A stretch of DNA of 64,000 nucleotides, from IMG/VR virus record IMGVR_UViG_3300030060_005695; one strand, given 5' to 3'. Within the stretch, counting starts at the first letter, position 1. Each line of letters opens with the position of its first letter. The notes under the pieces are model-generated. The model was given only the letters and a program-made list of their open reading frames with translations, made no database searches and was not told where the DNA came from. The DNA comes from a virus. Shown piece by piece: positions 1 to 8,956 of this stretch. The position numbers and the translations under genes are program-made.

Positions 1-2610
1 GGAGCATCCAATTATGGGTACTTTGAACATCAAGCATCATACCAGTCTGGACCGGGAGAATATTTTAAAATGATTGATAATACAAAAAACGAACAAGAAG
101 CTTGGAGTTTTAATGAACAATCTATATATGAAACAATTGAAGTTCTTAGAGGTGTATTTAATAAAGAACAATTGGATGAGTTTGAACAAAAATTTTTAGT
201 TTTTTCTAGGCCAGGAAGTTCTACAGATTTAGGTGGTTCTTTAAAGAGTATAGTTAAAGAATTAGTTGTTGTTGAAAACACCTGGGTTAATATGGTAACA
301 AACAGTCTAGTCACCCCAACCAGTAAAATATTAGCCGAAGCACAACTTCTAAAATTTAATAATTCTATGTTTCAGTTTTTAAATAAGAAAGTAGAATATA
401 TCCACAGAAGTACAACAAACCTAGACCTAGTAATAAATAATGAAACATTACTACAAAGAATCCATCAAATCCATGACATCAATAATAATGATTCTGATGA
501 TTATAATAACATAACTGAAATATATGGTAGTTACAGTAATGGACAAGCAATCCCATTAGCTGGTGGATTTTTTCCAGCGGGTAATATAGAACACCAAACA
601 ATGAGACTTGAAGTGGGTGAATTTTATCCAGACAACTCAAATCAATTCGCTATGTTAATCCCAGCTGACCAGTCAAACCCCATGTATAATTTTTTCCAAA
701 CTATTAATAATATAACCCCAGATGGGATGGAATTTAACACTAATAATATTAAATTGTTTGCTCCTTTTATTAAGTTGTATGCAAGTTACGTTAGTTTAAA
801 TGGGGCCACTCCAGCTAGTACATTCTTAAATATTTTTATGAATGACGTAATTAGTTCACAACAAACCCAATCAATTTATATTAATAATCTATTAACTGAA
901 TTACAAAAAAGTATAAAACAAAACTTAGAAACTGATGATGTTACAATAGATGTTGTTACTGATGATAGACCAGAACTTAAATCAGATGAAATAAAATTAG
1001 AACTATATAATCAATTTAAAACAATAAACGATAGGTGGGTTTCTGGAACTAATTTAACCGACCAAACACTTTTTGAAAAGTTTTTATTTTTAGATAGAGC
1101 AAATCAGGACATAGGAGATGAAGCCATAATTAATATTTGGGACATACTACAATTAGATTCACCATTTACGGACACCAATTCCAAAACCCTAACACAAAGT
1201 GTCTCAAGTTATTTAAGTATTATATTAGCTAATAACTATTTTAATTTTATACCGTTACCTTCTTATATAAATTTCTTTAATGTAGAAAAAAAAGGTACAG
1301 ACACACAAGCTCAAGGAAATGCTATGTTTGGGACATTTAAAACAGTAGATTTTATAGACTCAGCACCAGCTTTTCTATGTCAGTATGTTGGTAAACCTTC
1401 ATCACAACTAAACGCAAAAACACCAAATAATGGGTATAATAATGACTCTTTTAATTATAACTCACCTAACTCACCTTTAATAACACAAGAGTGTGGTAAT
1501 AAAGAACAATCAAATAAAGTGATGGGATTCAATGTAGACTTTGGTATACCTAACCAAAACATTTTTGAATCAATAACACTAGACCAATCACAATTTCAAA
1601 ATACCTCCGAGAGTTTTAAGATACTACAAAGTATGGCAGATTCAGGTGGAGGAAATTCTACATCACCAGCATCAGTCTCTTTATTTAATGTATATGCTAG
1701 TAGGTCCTATACCGCAAGAGTAACATGTGTTGGAAATGTAACGATACAACCAACACAATACTTCCAACTAAGATACTTACCTATGTTTAATGGACCTTAT
1801 TTAATTATTAATGTTGAACATGAAATTAGACCAAATAGTATAGAAACAACTTTTGAAGGTGTTAGAGTTCCAAAACCAACTCTACCAGCTATAAGTGATT
1901 TAGTACAAAGAGTTAATGTTAAGTTGTATGAAAAGGCAGAGGACAGACTAGAAAAAATACCTATAGATTTATACTATGATGGACTCAGTGCGACAGAAAG
2001 TCAGAAAAAACTAAACCCAAATCAAAATAATTATATAGCGACTGGAGTAACCTACGAAACCCCACCATTAGACCTTGACAATGTTAGGTGGAATGACGTT
2101 ACTTTAAGTGCGGGTACATTTATTGTCACACCAAACGAAGACCCAGAAAAACAACATTTAGGTGTTGATATTTGTCCTACTTCGGATAATATAGATTTTG
2201 CGAACGATGAAAATGGTGGTATTGAAATTTATCCTTCAGTTTATGGTATAGTGACTAAAGTTGTTGATGGTTGTAAGCCATTACAAGAAAGTGAAAGTTG
2301 TTCTAAATATGGAAATCATGTTGAAATTAAAACCATTTTAAACACTGACCCACCAGAAGAAGGAACATCATATTATTTAACTAGATATGCATTTTTAAGA
2401 GAAGGTATAACAGTAAATGTGGACGACTCAATACAAAGAGGAGAAGTTGGTCCTGGTATATTAAACAAAGTAATTGGTATAATGGGTAATAGTGGATTAT
2501 CTAAAAGTACTCATTTACATTTTGAAATAAAAAGAGGGGTAAAACAAGAAGGTAAAATAGTAGAACACTATTTAAATCCAGCTGAATTCTTACCTAGAAC
2601 ACGTCAATAA
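1..2610 (+). CDS. Baseplate hub-like protein (gp27/late-control-D-like) with C-terminal M23 peptidase domain; 5'-truncated by window edge
   Basis: Frame 1 is open from base 1, so the true start lies upstream of the listed ATG at 70. Hub-like segment SYTARVTCVGNVTIQP...FNGPYLIINVEHEI...TTFEGVR. M23 motifs HLGVD, YGNHVEI, GNSGLS..THLHFE. Confidence 0.7.
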   Translation, partial: GASNYGYFEHQASYQSGPGEYFKMIDNTKNEQEAWSFNEQSIYETIEVLRGVFNKEQLDEFEQKFLVFSRPGSSTDLGGSLKSIVKELVVVENTWVNMVTNSLVTPTSKILAEAQLLKFNNSMFQFLNKKVEYIHRSTTNLDLVINNETLLQRIHQIHDINNNDSDDYNNITEIYGSYSNGQAIPLAGGFFPAGNIEHQTMRLEVGEFYPDNSNQFAMLIPADQSNPMYNFFQTINNITPDGMEFNTNNIKLFAPFIKLYASYVSLNGATPASTFLNIFMNDVISSQQTQSIYINNLLTELQKSIKQNLETDDVTIDVVTDDRPELKSDEIKLELYNQFKTINDRWVSGTNLTDQTLFEKFLFLDRANQDIGDEAIINIWDILQLDSPFTDTNSKTLTQSVSSYLSIILANNYFNFIPLPSYINFFNVEKKGTDTQAQGNAMFGTFKTVDFIDSAPAFLCQYVGKPSSQLNAKTPNNGYNNDSFNYNSPNSPLITQECGNKEQSNKVMGFNVDFGIPNQNIFESITLDQSQFQNTSESFKILQSMADSGGGNSTSPASVSLFNVYASRSYTARVTCVGNVTIQPTQYFQLRYLPMFNGPYLIINVEHEIRPNSIETTFEGVRVPKPTLPAISDLVQRVNVKLYEKAEDRLEKIPIDLYYDGLSATESQKKLNPNQNNYIATGVTYETPPLDLDNVRWNDVTLSAGTFIVTPNEDPEKQHLGVDICPTSDNIDFANDENGGIEIYPSVYGIVTKVVDGCKPLQESESCSKYGNHVEIKTILNTDPPEEGTSYYLTRYAFLREGITVNVDDSIQRGEVGPGILNKVIGIMGNSGLSKSTHLHFEIKRGVKQEGKIVEHYLNPAEFLPRTRQ

Positions 2611-2667
2611 TAGATAATATTGACTATTAATGAATTTACGTATATTTATAGGTATACTAAACATATT

Positions 2668-2907
2668 ATGATAACAGAACAACTTAGACAAAAATTAGGA
2701 AATTTTTTATGTAAAAAAACAGATAATATTGTTGAAAACGGACAAACACCCGAAGGACAACAAGTTTGTGATTTAGATACTGGTATTTGTTATACTATTA
2801 GAAGTAGAGATGGTTTAATAGAAAGAGTAGAAAATAGTATTAGAGTTAATAGAAAAGTACAAGTAGAATCCCCATCCGGACAAGTAAAACAATTATTAAA
2901 TGGCTAA
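2668..2907 (+). CDS. Hypothetical phage protein (CDLDTGIC motif)
   Basis: ORF 2620-2907. ATG at 2668 is preferred over the TTG because it follows the TATTTAT motif at 2643. Overlaps the next gene. Confidence 0.6.
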   Translation: MITEQLRQKLGNFLCKKTDNIVENGQTPEGQQVCDLDTGICYTIRSRDGLIERVENSIRVNRKVQVESPSGQVKQLLNG

Positions 2908-3655
2908 AGAAGTAGAAAAATCTATCCTAGAAGAACTTAAAAGATTTAATCAAATCAGTCACAATAGTGATAATTTGAATGAACAAAGAATTAGTGCTAT
3001 TGGTGATGATATTGGTGGTCTTAGCAATCTTGGTATGGGAAGTCATGTCGAAAGATTAGCGAAAAAATTTGGTATGGAAATGGCTGAACAAGAAGTCCCA
3101 GAATTAGAAGATGAAGAATTAGAAGTTGATACTGAAGAAGTACCGGTTGAAGATGAAGGTGGTGAAGGGGATGTGGCTGTTGAAGATGAAATGGATTTAG
3201 ACACTGATATAGATACTGATATGGGTACTGAAGAAGACACTACAGAACTTGATGTTACTGATTTGGTGAGTAAACAAGATGAGGTAAATACAGAACTATC
3301 CGACCAAAAAGATATATTATCTAAAAACACACAAAGTCTAGATGATTTAATGACAAAACTTTCAGACCTAGAGAACCAACTCTCCTCGATGGAAGATGTC
3401 GCTACTAAAATTAGTAGTCTAGAAGATAAATTAGAAGAATATAGACCAAGAACACCAGAAGAAAAATTAGGTTTAAGAAAACATGATAGTGGTCCTTATA
3501 ATAAGACACTAAGTGATTTTTTTACTGACAAAGAAGAAGTATTTGATAAAACTGGTAAAAAACAATATGTTTTAACTAAAGACGATGTAGAAGACTATAG
3601 TACTGTTGACATCCAAAAAAGTTTCGGAGACCCAGACGCGGAAGACGAAGACTAA
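2900..3655 (+). CDS. Acidic coiled-coil hypothetical protein, possibly head/scaffold-associated
   Basis: 251 aa, D/E-rich middle, heptad coiled coil, ILEE/LNEQ/MAEQ motifs. Confidence 0.55.
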   Translation: MAKEVEKSILEELKRFNQISHNSDNLNEQRISAIGDDIGGLSNLGMGSHVERLAKKFGMEMAEQEVPELEDEELEVDTEEVPVEDEGGEGDVAVEDEMDLDTDIDTDMGTEEDTTELDVTDLVSKQDEVNTELSDQKDILSKNTQSLDDLMTKLSDLENQLSSMEDVATKISSLEDKLEEYRPRTPEEKLGLRKHDSGPYNKTLSDFFTDKEEVFDKTGKKQYVLTKDDVEDYSTVDIQKSFGDPDAEDED

Positions 3656-3673
3656 ACTTTCCCCCATATTTAT

Positions 3674-3704
3674 TTGACATAACAATAATATATGTGTACA
3701 TTTA
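3674..3704 (+). promoter_or_regulatory. Host-type (Bacteroidota-like -33/-7) promoter for the replication operon
   Basis: TTG(ACA) at 3674, 20-nt spacer, TACATTTA at 3697-3704; the same geometry recurs at 48688, 52771, 55731 and 59025. Confidence 0.7.
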
Positions 3705-3745
3705 TACATATGTTTATTAATTAATAATATTTAAAAAGAAAATTT

Positions 3746-4615
3746 ATGAGTAATAGTTTAGATGCAGTTTTAGCTCAATACGAGAAAAACAAACAAAGTG
3801 GTGGTTCCACGAAACCACAAATGACATCAGAAGAAAGAATGAAACAATATCTTTCTATTATGTTACCAAAAGGAACAAAACAAGGAGAAAAAAGAATTAG
3901 AATCGTACCAACAACAGACGGTTCATCACCATTTAAAGAAGTATTCTTCCATAATGTACAAGTACAAGGAAGATGGCAAAAACTTTATGACCCAGGAAAA
4001 AATTCAGACGGAAGACCATCTGGTGAAAGAAGTCCATTAAATGAAGTTGAAGAGGCTTTAAGATTAGCAGGAGACGCACAATCTAAAGAATTAGCACGTT
4101 CTTATCGTTCACAAAAATTCTACATTGTTAAAGTAGTAGATAGAGATAACGAAGAAGATGGTGTTAAGTTTTGGAGATTTAAACATAACTGGAAAGGAGA
4201 TGGACCTATTGATAAAATCATCCCTATTTGGAGAAATAAGGGAGATGTTACTGACGCTAAAGAAGGTAGAGACCTTATATTAGTTCTACAGGCAGTACCT
4301 TTACCAGGAGGTAGAGGGGAATATACTACAGTTTCTGCGGTTATGTATGAAGACCCAGCTCCATTATCTACAGATGAAGCACAATCTAAAGAGTGGGTGG
4401 GGGATGAAAGAACTTGGAAAGATGTGTATTCACAAAAACCTGTTGAGTACTTAGAAGCGATTTCTAAAGGACTAGACCCGGTATGGGATTCTGAACTTAA
4501 AAAATATGTTTATGACGACCCAAACGCTACTAAAAATACTACTAATACAACAACATTAGGTAGTACTACAGACCCACAGGCAAATGACCCACAAGACGAA
4601 GACTTACCATTTTAA
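3746..4615 (+). CDS. Single-stranded DNA-binding protein, T4 gp32-like
   Basis: KRIRIVP..DGSSPFKEVFFH, YIVKVVDRDNEEDGVKFWRF, GDVTDAKEGRDL; acidic tail ending DEDLPF; lies next to recA. Confidence 0.85.
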   Translation: MSNSLDAVLAQYEKNKQSGGSTKPQMTSEERMKQYLSIMLPKGTKQGEKRIRIVPTTDGSSPFKEVFFHNVQVQGRWQKLYDPGKNSDGRPSGERSPLNEVEEALRLAGDAQSKELARSYRSQKFYIVKVVDRDNEEDGVKFWRFKHNWKGDGPIDKIIPIWRNKGDVTDAKEGRDLILVLQAVPLPGGRGEYTTVSAVMYEDPAPLSTDEAQSKEWVGDERTWKDVYSQKPVEYLEAISKGLDPVWDSELKKYVYDDPNATKNTTNTTTLGSTTDPQANDPQDEDLPF

Positions 4616-4624
4616 CTAGGGGAT

Positions 4625-5629
4625 ATGGCATTGAAAAAAAGAACATTTTCAGACTTGAAAAATAAATTCTCAAAGAAAGCTAACTTTAAACCAGAAAGAT
4701 TTTTTGATTTAGGGAAAGCTTTCCTTGATGCTACTGGTTTACCAGGACCAGCTATGGGACACTTACAAATGTTTTTAGGACATTCGGATACTGGTAAAAC
4801 AACTGCTTTAATAAAAGCAGCGGTAGATGCACAAAAAAAAGGAATTCTTCCTGTTTTAATTATTACCGAACAAAAATGGGGTTTTGAACACGCAAAACTT
4901 TTAGGTTTTGATTGTGAAGAAGTTGTGGACAAAACAACAGGAGAAATAGATTGGGACGGATTCTTCCTTTTTAATAACGATTTCCAATACATAGAAGAAA
5001 TTACAGATTATATTAATACACTACTTGACGCACAAGATAAGGGTGAATTAGAATATGATTTATTATTTTTGTGGGATTCTGTTGGTTCTGTACCTTGTAA
5101 AATGACTTTTGAAGGTAAAGGTGGAAAAATGCATAACGCAGCAACCCTAGCGGATAAAATAGGTATGGGACTCAACCAAAGAATCGGTAAATCAAGAAGA
5201 CAAGATTCCAAATACACTAATACATTAGTTGTCGTCAACCAACCTTGGGTGGAATTACCAGACAATCCATTTGGACAACCTAAAATTAAAGCAAAAGGTG
5301 GAGAATCTTTGTGGTTAAATTCTACTTTAGTGTTTAGATTTGGAAACCAAAAAAATGGTGGTACAACAAATATTACCGCGGTTAAAGAAAAACGAAAAGT
5401 AAAATTTGCTACTAGAACAAAAATAACCATTATGAAAAATCATGTTAATGGTTTGGGTTATGAAGATGGTAAAATCCTTATAACACCACATGGATTCATT
5501 GCTGGAAGAGAAGCTAGTGAAGAAAAGAAATCAATAGAAAAATATAAACAAGAAAATGCTACCTTCTGGTCTGAACAATTAGGGGTTGGTGGTGATTTCG
5601 ATTTAAAAATAGAAAAAGAAAATGACTAA
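4625..5629 (+). CDS. recA: RecA/UvsX-like recombinase
   Basis: Walker A GHSDTGKTT, Walker B FLWDSVGS, VVVNQ and KAKGG motifs, KITIMKNHV. Confidence 0.9.
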   Translation: MALKKRTFSDLKNKFSKKANFKPERFFDLGKAFLDATGLPGPAMGHLQMFLGHSDTGKTTALIKAAVDAQKKGILPVLIITEQKWGFEHAKLLGFDCEEVVDKTTGEIDWDGFFLFNNDFQYIEEITDYINTLLDAQDKGELEYDLLFLWDSVGSVPCKMTFEGKGGKMHNAATLADKIGMGLNQRIGKSRRQDSKYTNTLVVVNQPWVELPDNPFGQPKIKAKGGESLWLNSTLVFRFGNQKNGGTTNITAVKEKRKVKFATRTKITIMKNHVNGLGYEDGKILITPHGFIAGREASEEKKSIEKYKQENATFWSEQLGVGGDFDLKIEKEND

Positions 5630-6056
5630 AATAAAAACAGGAGACAAAGTAAAAGTACACTATATAGGTACCCTAAAAGATGGTTCTAAATTTGATAACT
5701 CAAGAGACAGAGGAGAAGGGTTAGAATTTGTAATTGATGACGGTCAACTACTAAAAGGTTTTAATGATGCTGTTAAAGACTTAGAGATTGGTGGTACCGC
5801 TAAAGTAGATATTAAAGCTAAAGAAGCTTATGGTGAATATATTAACGAGGCAATCATATCAGTTAATAAAAGTGAATTCCCAGAATCACTAAACTATGAA
5901 TTGAATGGATTCATCCAAGGGCAAGACCAGAACGGTAGACCCGTCCAAGGACAAGTAGTAAAAATTAATGAGGAAACTGTAGAATTAGATATGAATCACC
6001 CCTTAGCTGGTGAAGATTTGAGTTTCGAAATTGAATTATTAGAAGTAGTAAAGTAA
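5622..6056 (+). CDS. FKBP-type peptidyl-prolyl cis-trans isomerase (SlyD/FkpB-like, no His-rich tail)
   Basis: VKVHYIGTLKDGSKFDNS, EAYGE, insert-in-flap region, LDMNHPLAGEDLSFEIEL. Confidence 0.93.
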   Translation: MTKIKTGDKVKVHYIGTLKDGSKFDNSRDRGEGLEFVIDDGQLLKGFNDAVKDLEIGGTAKVDIKAKEAYGEYINEAIISVNKSEFPESLNYELNGFIQGQDQNGRPVQGQVVKINEETVELDMNHPLAGEDLSFEIELLEVVK

Positions 6057-6086
6057 AAAAATTGTTTAACCCTTTAAGAATGTGTT

Positions 6087-7088
6087 TTGACAAGAACATT
6101 ATTAGTTGACGGAAATTCCTTACTAAATACAGGTTTTCATGGTATAAAAAATATGTATAATGGTACTGACCATATAGGTGGTCTATACCATTTTCTTAAT
6201 ACCTTAAGAAAACTAATAGACACCTATCTATTAACTAAAATTGTCGTTTTTTGGGATGGGGAAGATAATACAAAGCCCCGACTTGAACTATACCCAGATT
6301 ATAAATTAAATAGGAGGTTAAAACCCAAACCACAAGATGACCTACAATCATACGCTAAACAAAAGTTAAGAGTACAAGAATATCTAGAAGAACTTTATGT
6401 CCGACAAGCAACATTCAAATGGTGTGAAGCCGATGATTGTATAGCACACTACATCAAAAAAACCCAAAAAGAAAACATTATTATATTAACTTCAGATAGA
6501 GATTTATTACAGTTAATTGGTGAAAATGTTTCTGTGCATATAATTTCTTTAAACAAATTATTTAAATATGGTGAGAAAGTACCTTTAAATGGTGTTAACA
6601 TACCATCATCTAATGTTAGGGTTGTAAAAACCATATGTGGAGATTCTTCTGATAATATATATGGGATAAAAATGGTTGGGGTAAAATCATTAGTAAAAAT
6701 AAAACCAGAAATTTTAGAGGAAAAAGTAAGTCTAGAGGATATATTAAAAACAATACAATCTAAAAAGAAAATAAATAAAAAAGAAAAAAATATATTAGAA
6801 GGTGTGACACAAAAAAAACCAGATAGTTCTATATTAGAAACAAATTATAAAATTATTGGTGTTGGGGAACAATTTCTAACTAAAGATGCCGTAAACGGAA
6901 TAAAAGACCTATCAAAAGAAGCTATAGACCCAGAAGGAAGACACTGGAAAAATGCTTTGGACTTGATGATGTCAGATGGAATTCTTAATATTTTACCAAA
7001 GAAAGATGACTCTTGGGTAGATTTTGTGAGACCATTTTTAAGATTAACAAGAATAGAAAAAGATTTTTATAAAAATAAAAAAAGATGA
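6087..7088 (+). CDS. 5'-3' exonuclease / flap endonuclease (T4 RNase H / PolI N-terminal-like)
   Basis: LLVDGNSL, VFWDG, YKLNR, EADDCIA, SDRDLLQL, GDSSDNIYGIKMVGVK. Confidence 0.92.
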   Translation: MTRTLLVDGNSLLNTGFHGIKNMYNGTDHIGGLYHFLNTLRKLIDTYLLTKIVVFWDGEDNTKPRLELYPDYKLNRRLKPKPQDDLQSYAKQKLRVQEYLEELYVRQATFKWCEADDCIAHYIKKTQKENIIILTSDRDLLQLIGENVSVHIISLNKLFKYGEKVPLNGVNIPSSNVRVVKTICGDSSDNIYGIKMVGVKSLVKIKPEILEEKVSLEDILKTIQSKKKINKKEKNILEGVTQKKPDSSILETNYKIIGVGEQFLTKDAVNGIKDLSKEAIDPEGRHWKNALDLMMSDGILNILPKKDDSWVDFVRPFLRLTRIEKDFYKNKKR

Positions 7089-7534
7089 GTAAAATTAAAC
7101 AAAAAGGAGAAAATACACAAAAGTGTGAATTCGTATTAAAATTAGGTAATAATATAGTTTGTCAGAGATTCTTTTCAGTTAGGAACTTTAACAATAGAGC
7201 AACTAACTCAATAGACTTACATTATGCTGTACAAGGTGTAGTTAATGATATTGTGGATGACTTAAAGCTTAAAACTTTATATTTATTAGAAAGTAACTTC
7301 AGAGAAAATGTTTTAGATGAAGGTTCAGAAGATGAGTATTTTACGATAACTATAAAAAAAGGAAACAAGGTAATTTACGACACAATTACACCTGCCAACA
7401 TCTATCCCCCAAAAGTTAGATACACGGTAGATATAAGACCACAAATATCTTATATATTAAGAGAATTGACCGGAGTACTATCACAAAGAAAAGTTACAAC
7501 CAACTACCAAGATTATGACCTAATGGTCAACTAA
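7085..7534 (+). CDS. Conserved hypothetical phage protein
   Basis: 149 aa, translationally coupled; NIVCQRFFSV and YPPKVRYTVDIRP motifs. Confidence 0.6.
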   Translation: MSKIKQKGENTQKCEFVLKLGNNIVCQRFFSVRNFNNRATNSIDLHYAVQGVVNDIVDDLKLKTLYLLESNFRENVLDEGSEDEYFTITIKKGNKVIYDTITPANIYPPKVRYTVDIRPQISYILRELTGVLSQRKVTTNYQDYDLMVN

Positions 7535-7563
7535 TCTAGTATTTATTAAAAGAATAAAAAAAT

Positions 7564-8943
7564 ATGACAGACAATAAAAATTTTGGTTATTTAGGTTATA
7601 ACTTTCAGTTAAAATTAATTAACCTAATAGTAACAGATAATACTTTTTTCCAGTCAATAATTGATGCGATTATCGCCAAATATTTTGACAACCAGTACTT
7701 CAGATTGATTATGCAATTAATCAAAGAGTATTATGAAAAATACCAAACAGCACCTTCATTTGACGCTTTAGACCAACTAACAAGGATAGAAATTTCTTCT
7801 GAAATGGCAAGAAAAAATATTTTTGACATGTTAAAAGAGATTAAAGAAGTTTCATTTGAAGACCACTTATTTATCAAAGAAAAGTCCATTAAGTTCTGTA
7901 AACAACAAGAACTTAAAAAAGCTATCAGAAAAGTTGAAAATATAATGGAAAAAGGTGACTTTGAAAGTTATGATAAGTGTGAAGAATATATACGTGACGC
8001 TATTAAAATTGGTGATGGTGATATGGGTAGTTTTGAAATTTTTACAGAATTAGAAAAACTATTGGAGGATGATTATAGACATCCACTACCAACAGGAGTT
8101 GACGGACTAGATAATATATTAAATGGTGGTTTAGCTAAAGGGGAAATAGGTGTGGTTTTAGCACCCACAGGTGTTGGTAAGACAACTATGTTAACTAGAT
8201 TTGCTAACACAGCATTTAATATGGGTTATAATGTATTACAAATATTTTTTGAAGATAACCCTAAAATTATACAAAGAAAACATTTCACCTGTTGGACAGG
8301 AATACCTAACGATGAGTTAAGTAACCATAAAGAAACTGTATTAGATAAAGCAGATGAAATGAAAAAAACTGGGGGTAAATTAATATTAAAAAAATTACCT
8401 TCAGATGAAATGACAATGTTACAGATTAAAAATCAAGTAAGAAAAATTATATCTGAAGGAACTAAAATAGATATAGTATTAATTGATTACATTGACTGTA
8501 TATTACCAGACCGTTCATTTAATGACGAATGGAAAGGTGAAGGTTCTGTTATGAGAAAATTTGAGGGTATGTGTCACGAATTAAATATAGCAGGGTGGAC
8601 AGCAACACAAGGGAATAGAAGTTCTATTTCTTCAGATGTTGTAACCACAGACCAAATGGGGGGTTCTATTAAGAAAGCACAAGTGGGACACGTAATTATT
8701 TCAGTCGCAAAGACTTTACAACAAAAAGAAATGGGATTAGCAACTATAGCTATTGTAAAATCAAGACTAGGAAGAGATGGTGTCATATTTGAAAATTGTA
8801 AATTTGATAATGGAACTTTAGAAATAGACACTGAAACTACACAAACATTCCTTGGTTTTGAGGAAGAAAAAACAAATAGAAATAGAGAAAGAGTAGCTCG
8901 AGCTCTCCAAAGAAGAGAACAAATAATAAACAAAAATAATTAA
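7564..8943 (+). CDS. dnaB: Replicative DNA helicase (DnaB / T4 gp41-like)
   Basis: PTGVDGLDNILNGGLAKGE, Walker A APTGVGKTT, LIDYIDC, WTATQGNR, KSRLG. Confidence 0.92.
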   Translation: MTDNKNFGYLGYNFQLKLINLIVTDNTFFQSIIDAIIAKYFDNQYFRLIMQLIKEYYEKYQTAPSFDALDQLTRIEISSEMARKNIFDMLKEIKEVSFEDHLFIKEKSIKFCKQQELKKAIRKVENIMEKGDFESYDKCEEYIRDAIKIGDGDMGSFEIFTELEKLLEDDYRHPLPTGVDGLDNILNGGLAKGEIGVVLAPTGVGKTTMLTRFANTAFNMGYNVLQIFFEDNPKIIQRKHFTCWTGIPNDELSNHKETVLDKADEMKKTGGKLILKKLPSDEMTMLQIKNQVRKIISEGTKIDIVLIDYIDCILPDRSFNDEWKGEGSVMRKFEGMCHELNIAGWTATQGNRSSISSDVVTTDQMGGSIKKAQVGHVIISVAKTLQQKEMGLATIAIVKSRLGRDGVIFENCKFDNGTLEIDTETTQTFLGFEEEKTNRNRERVARALQRREQIINKNN

Positions 8944-8956
8944 TAAAAAGTAAAAT

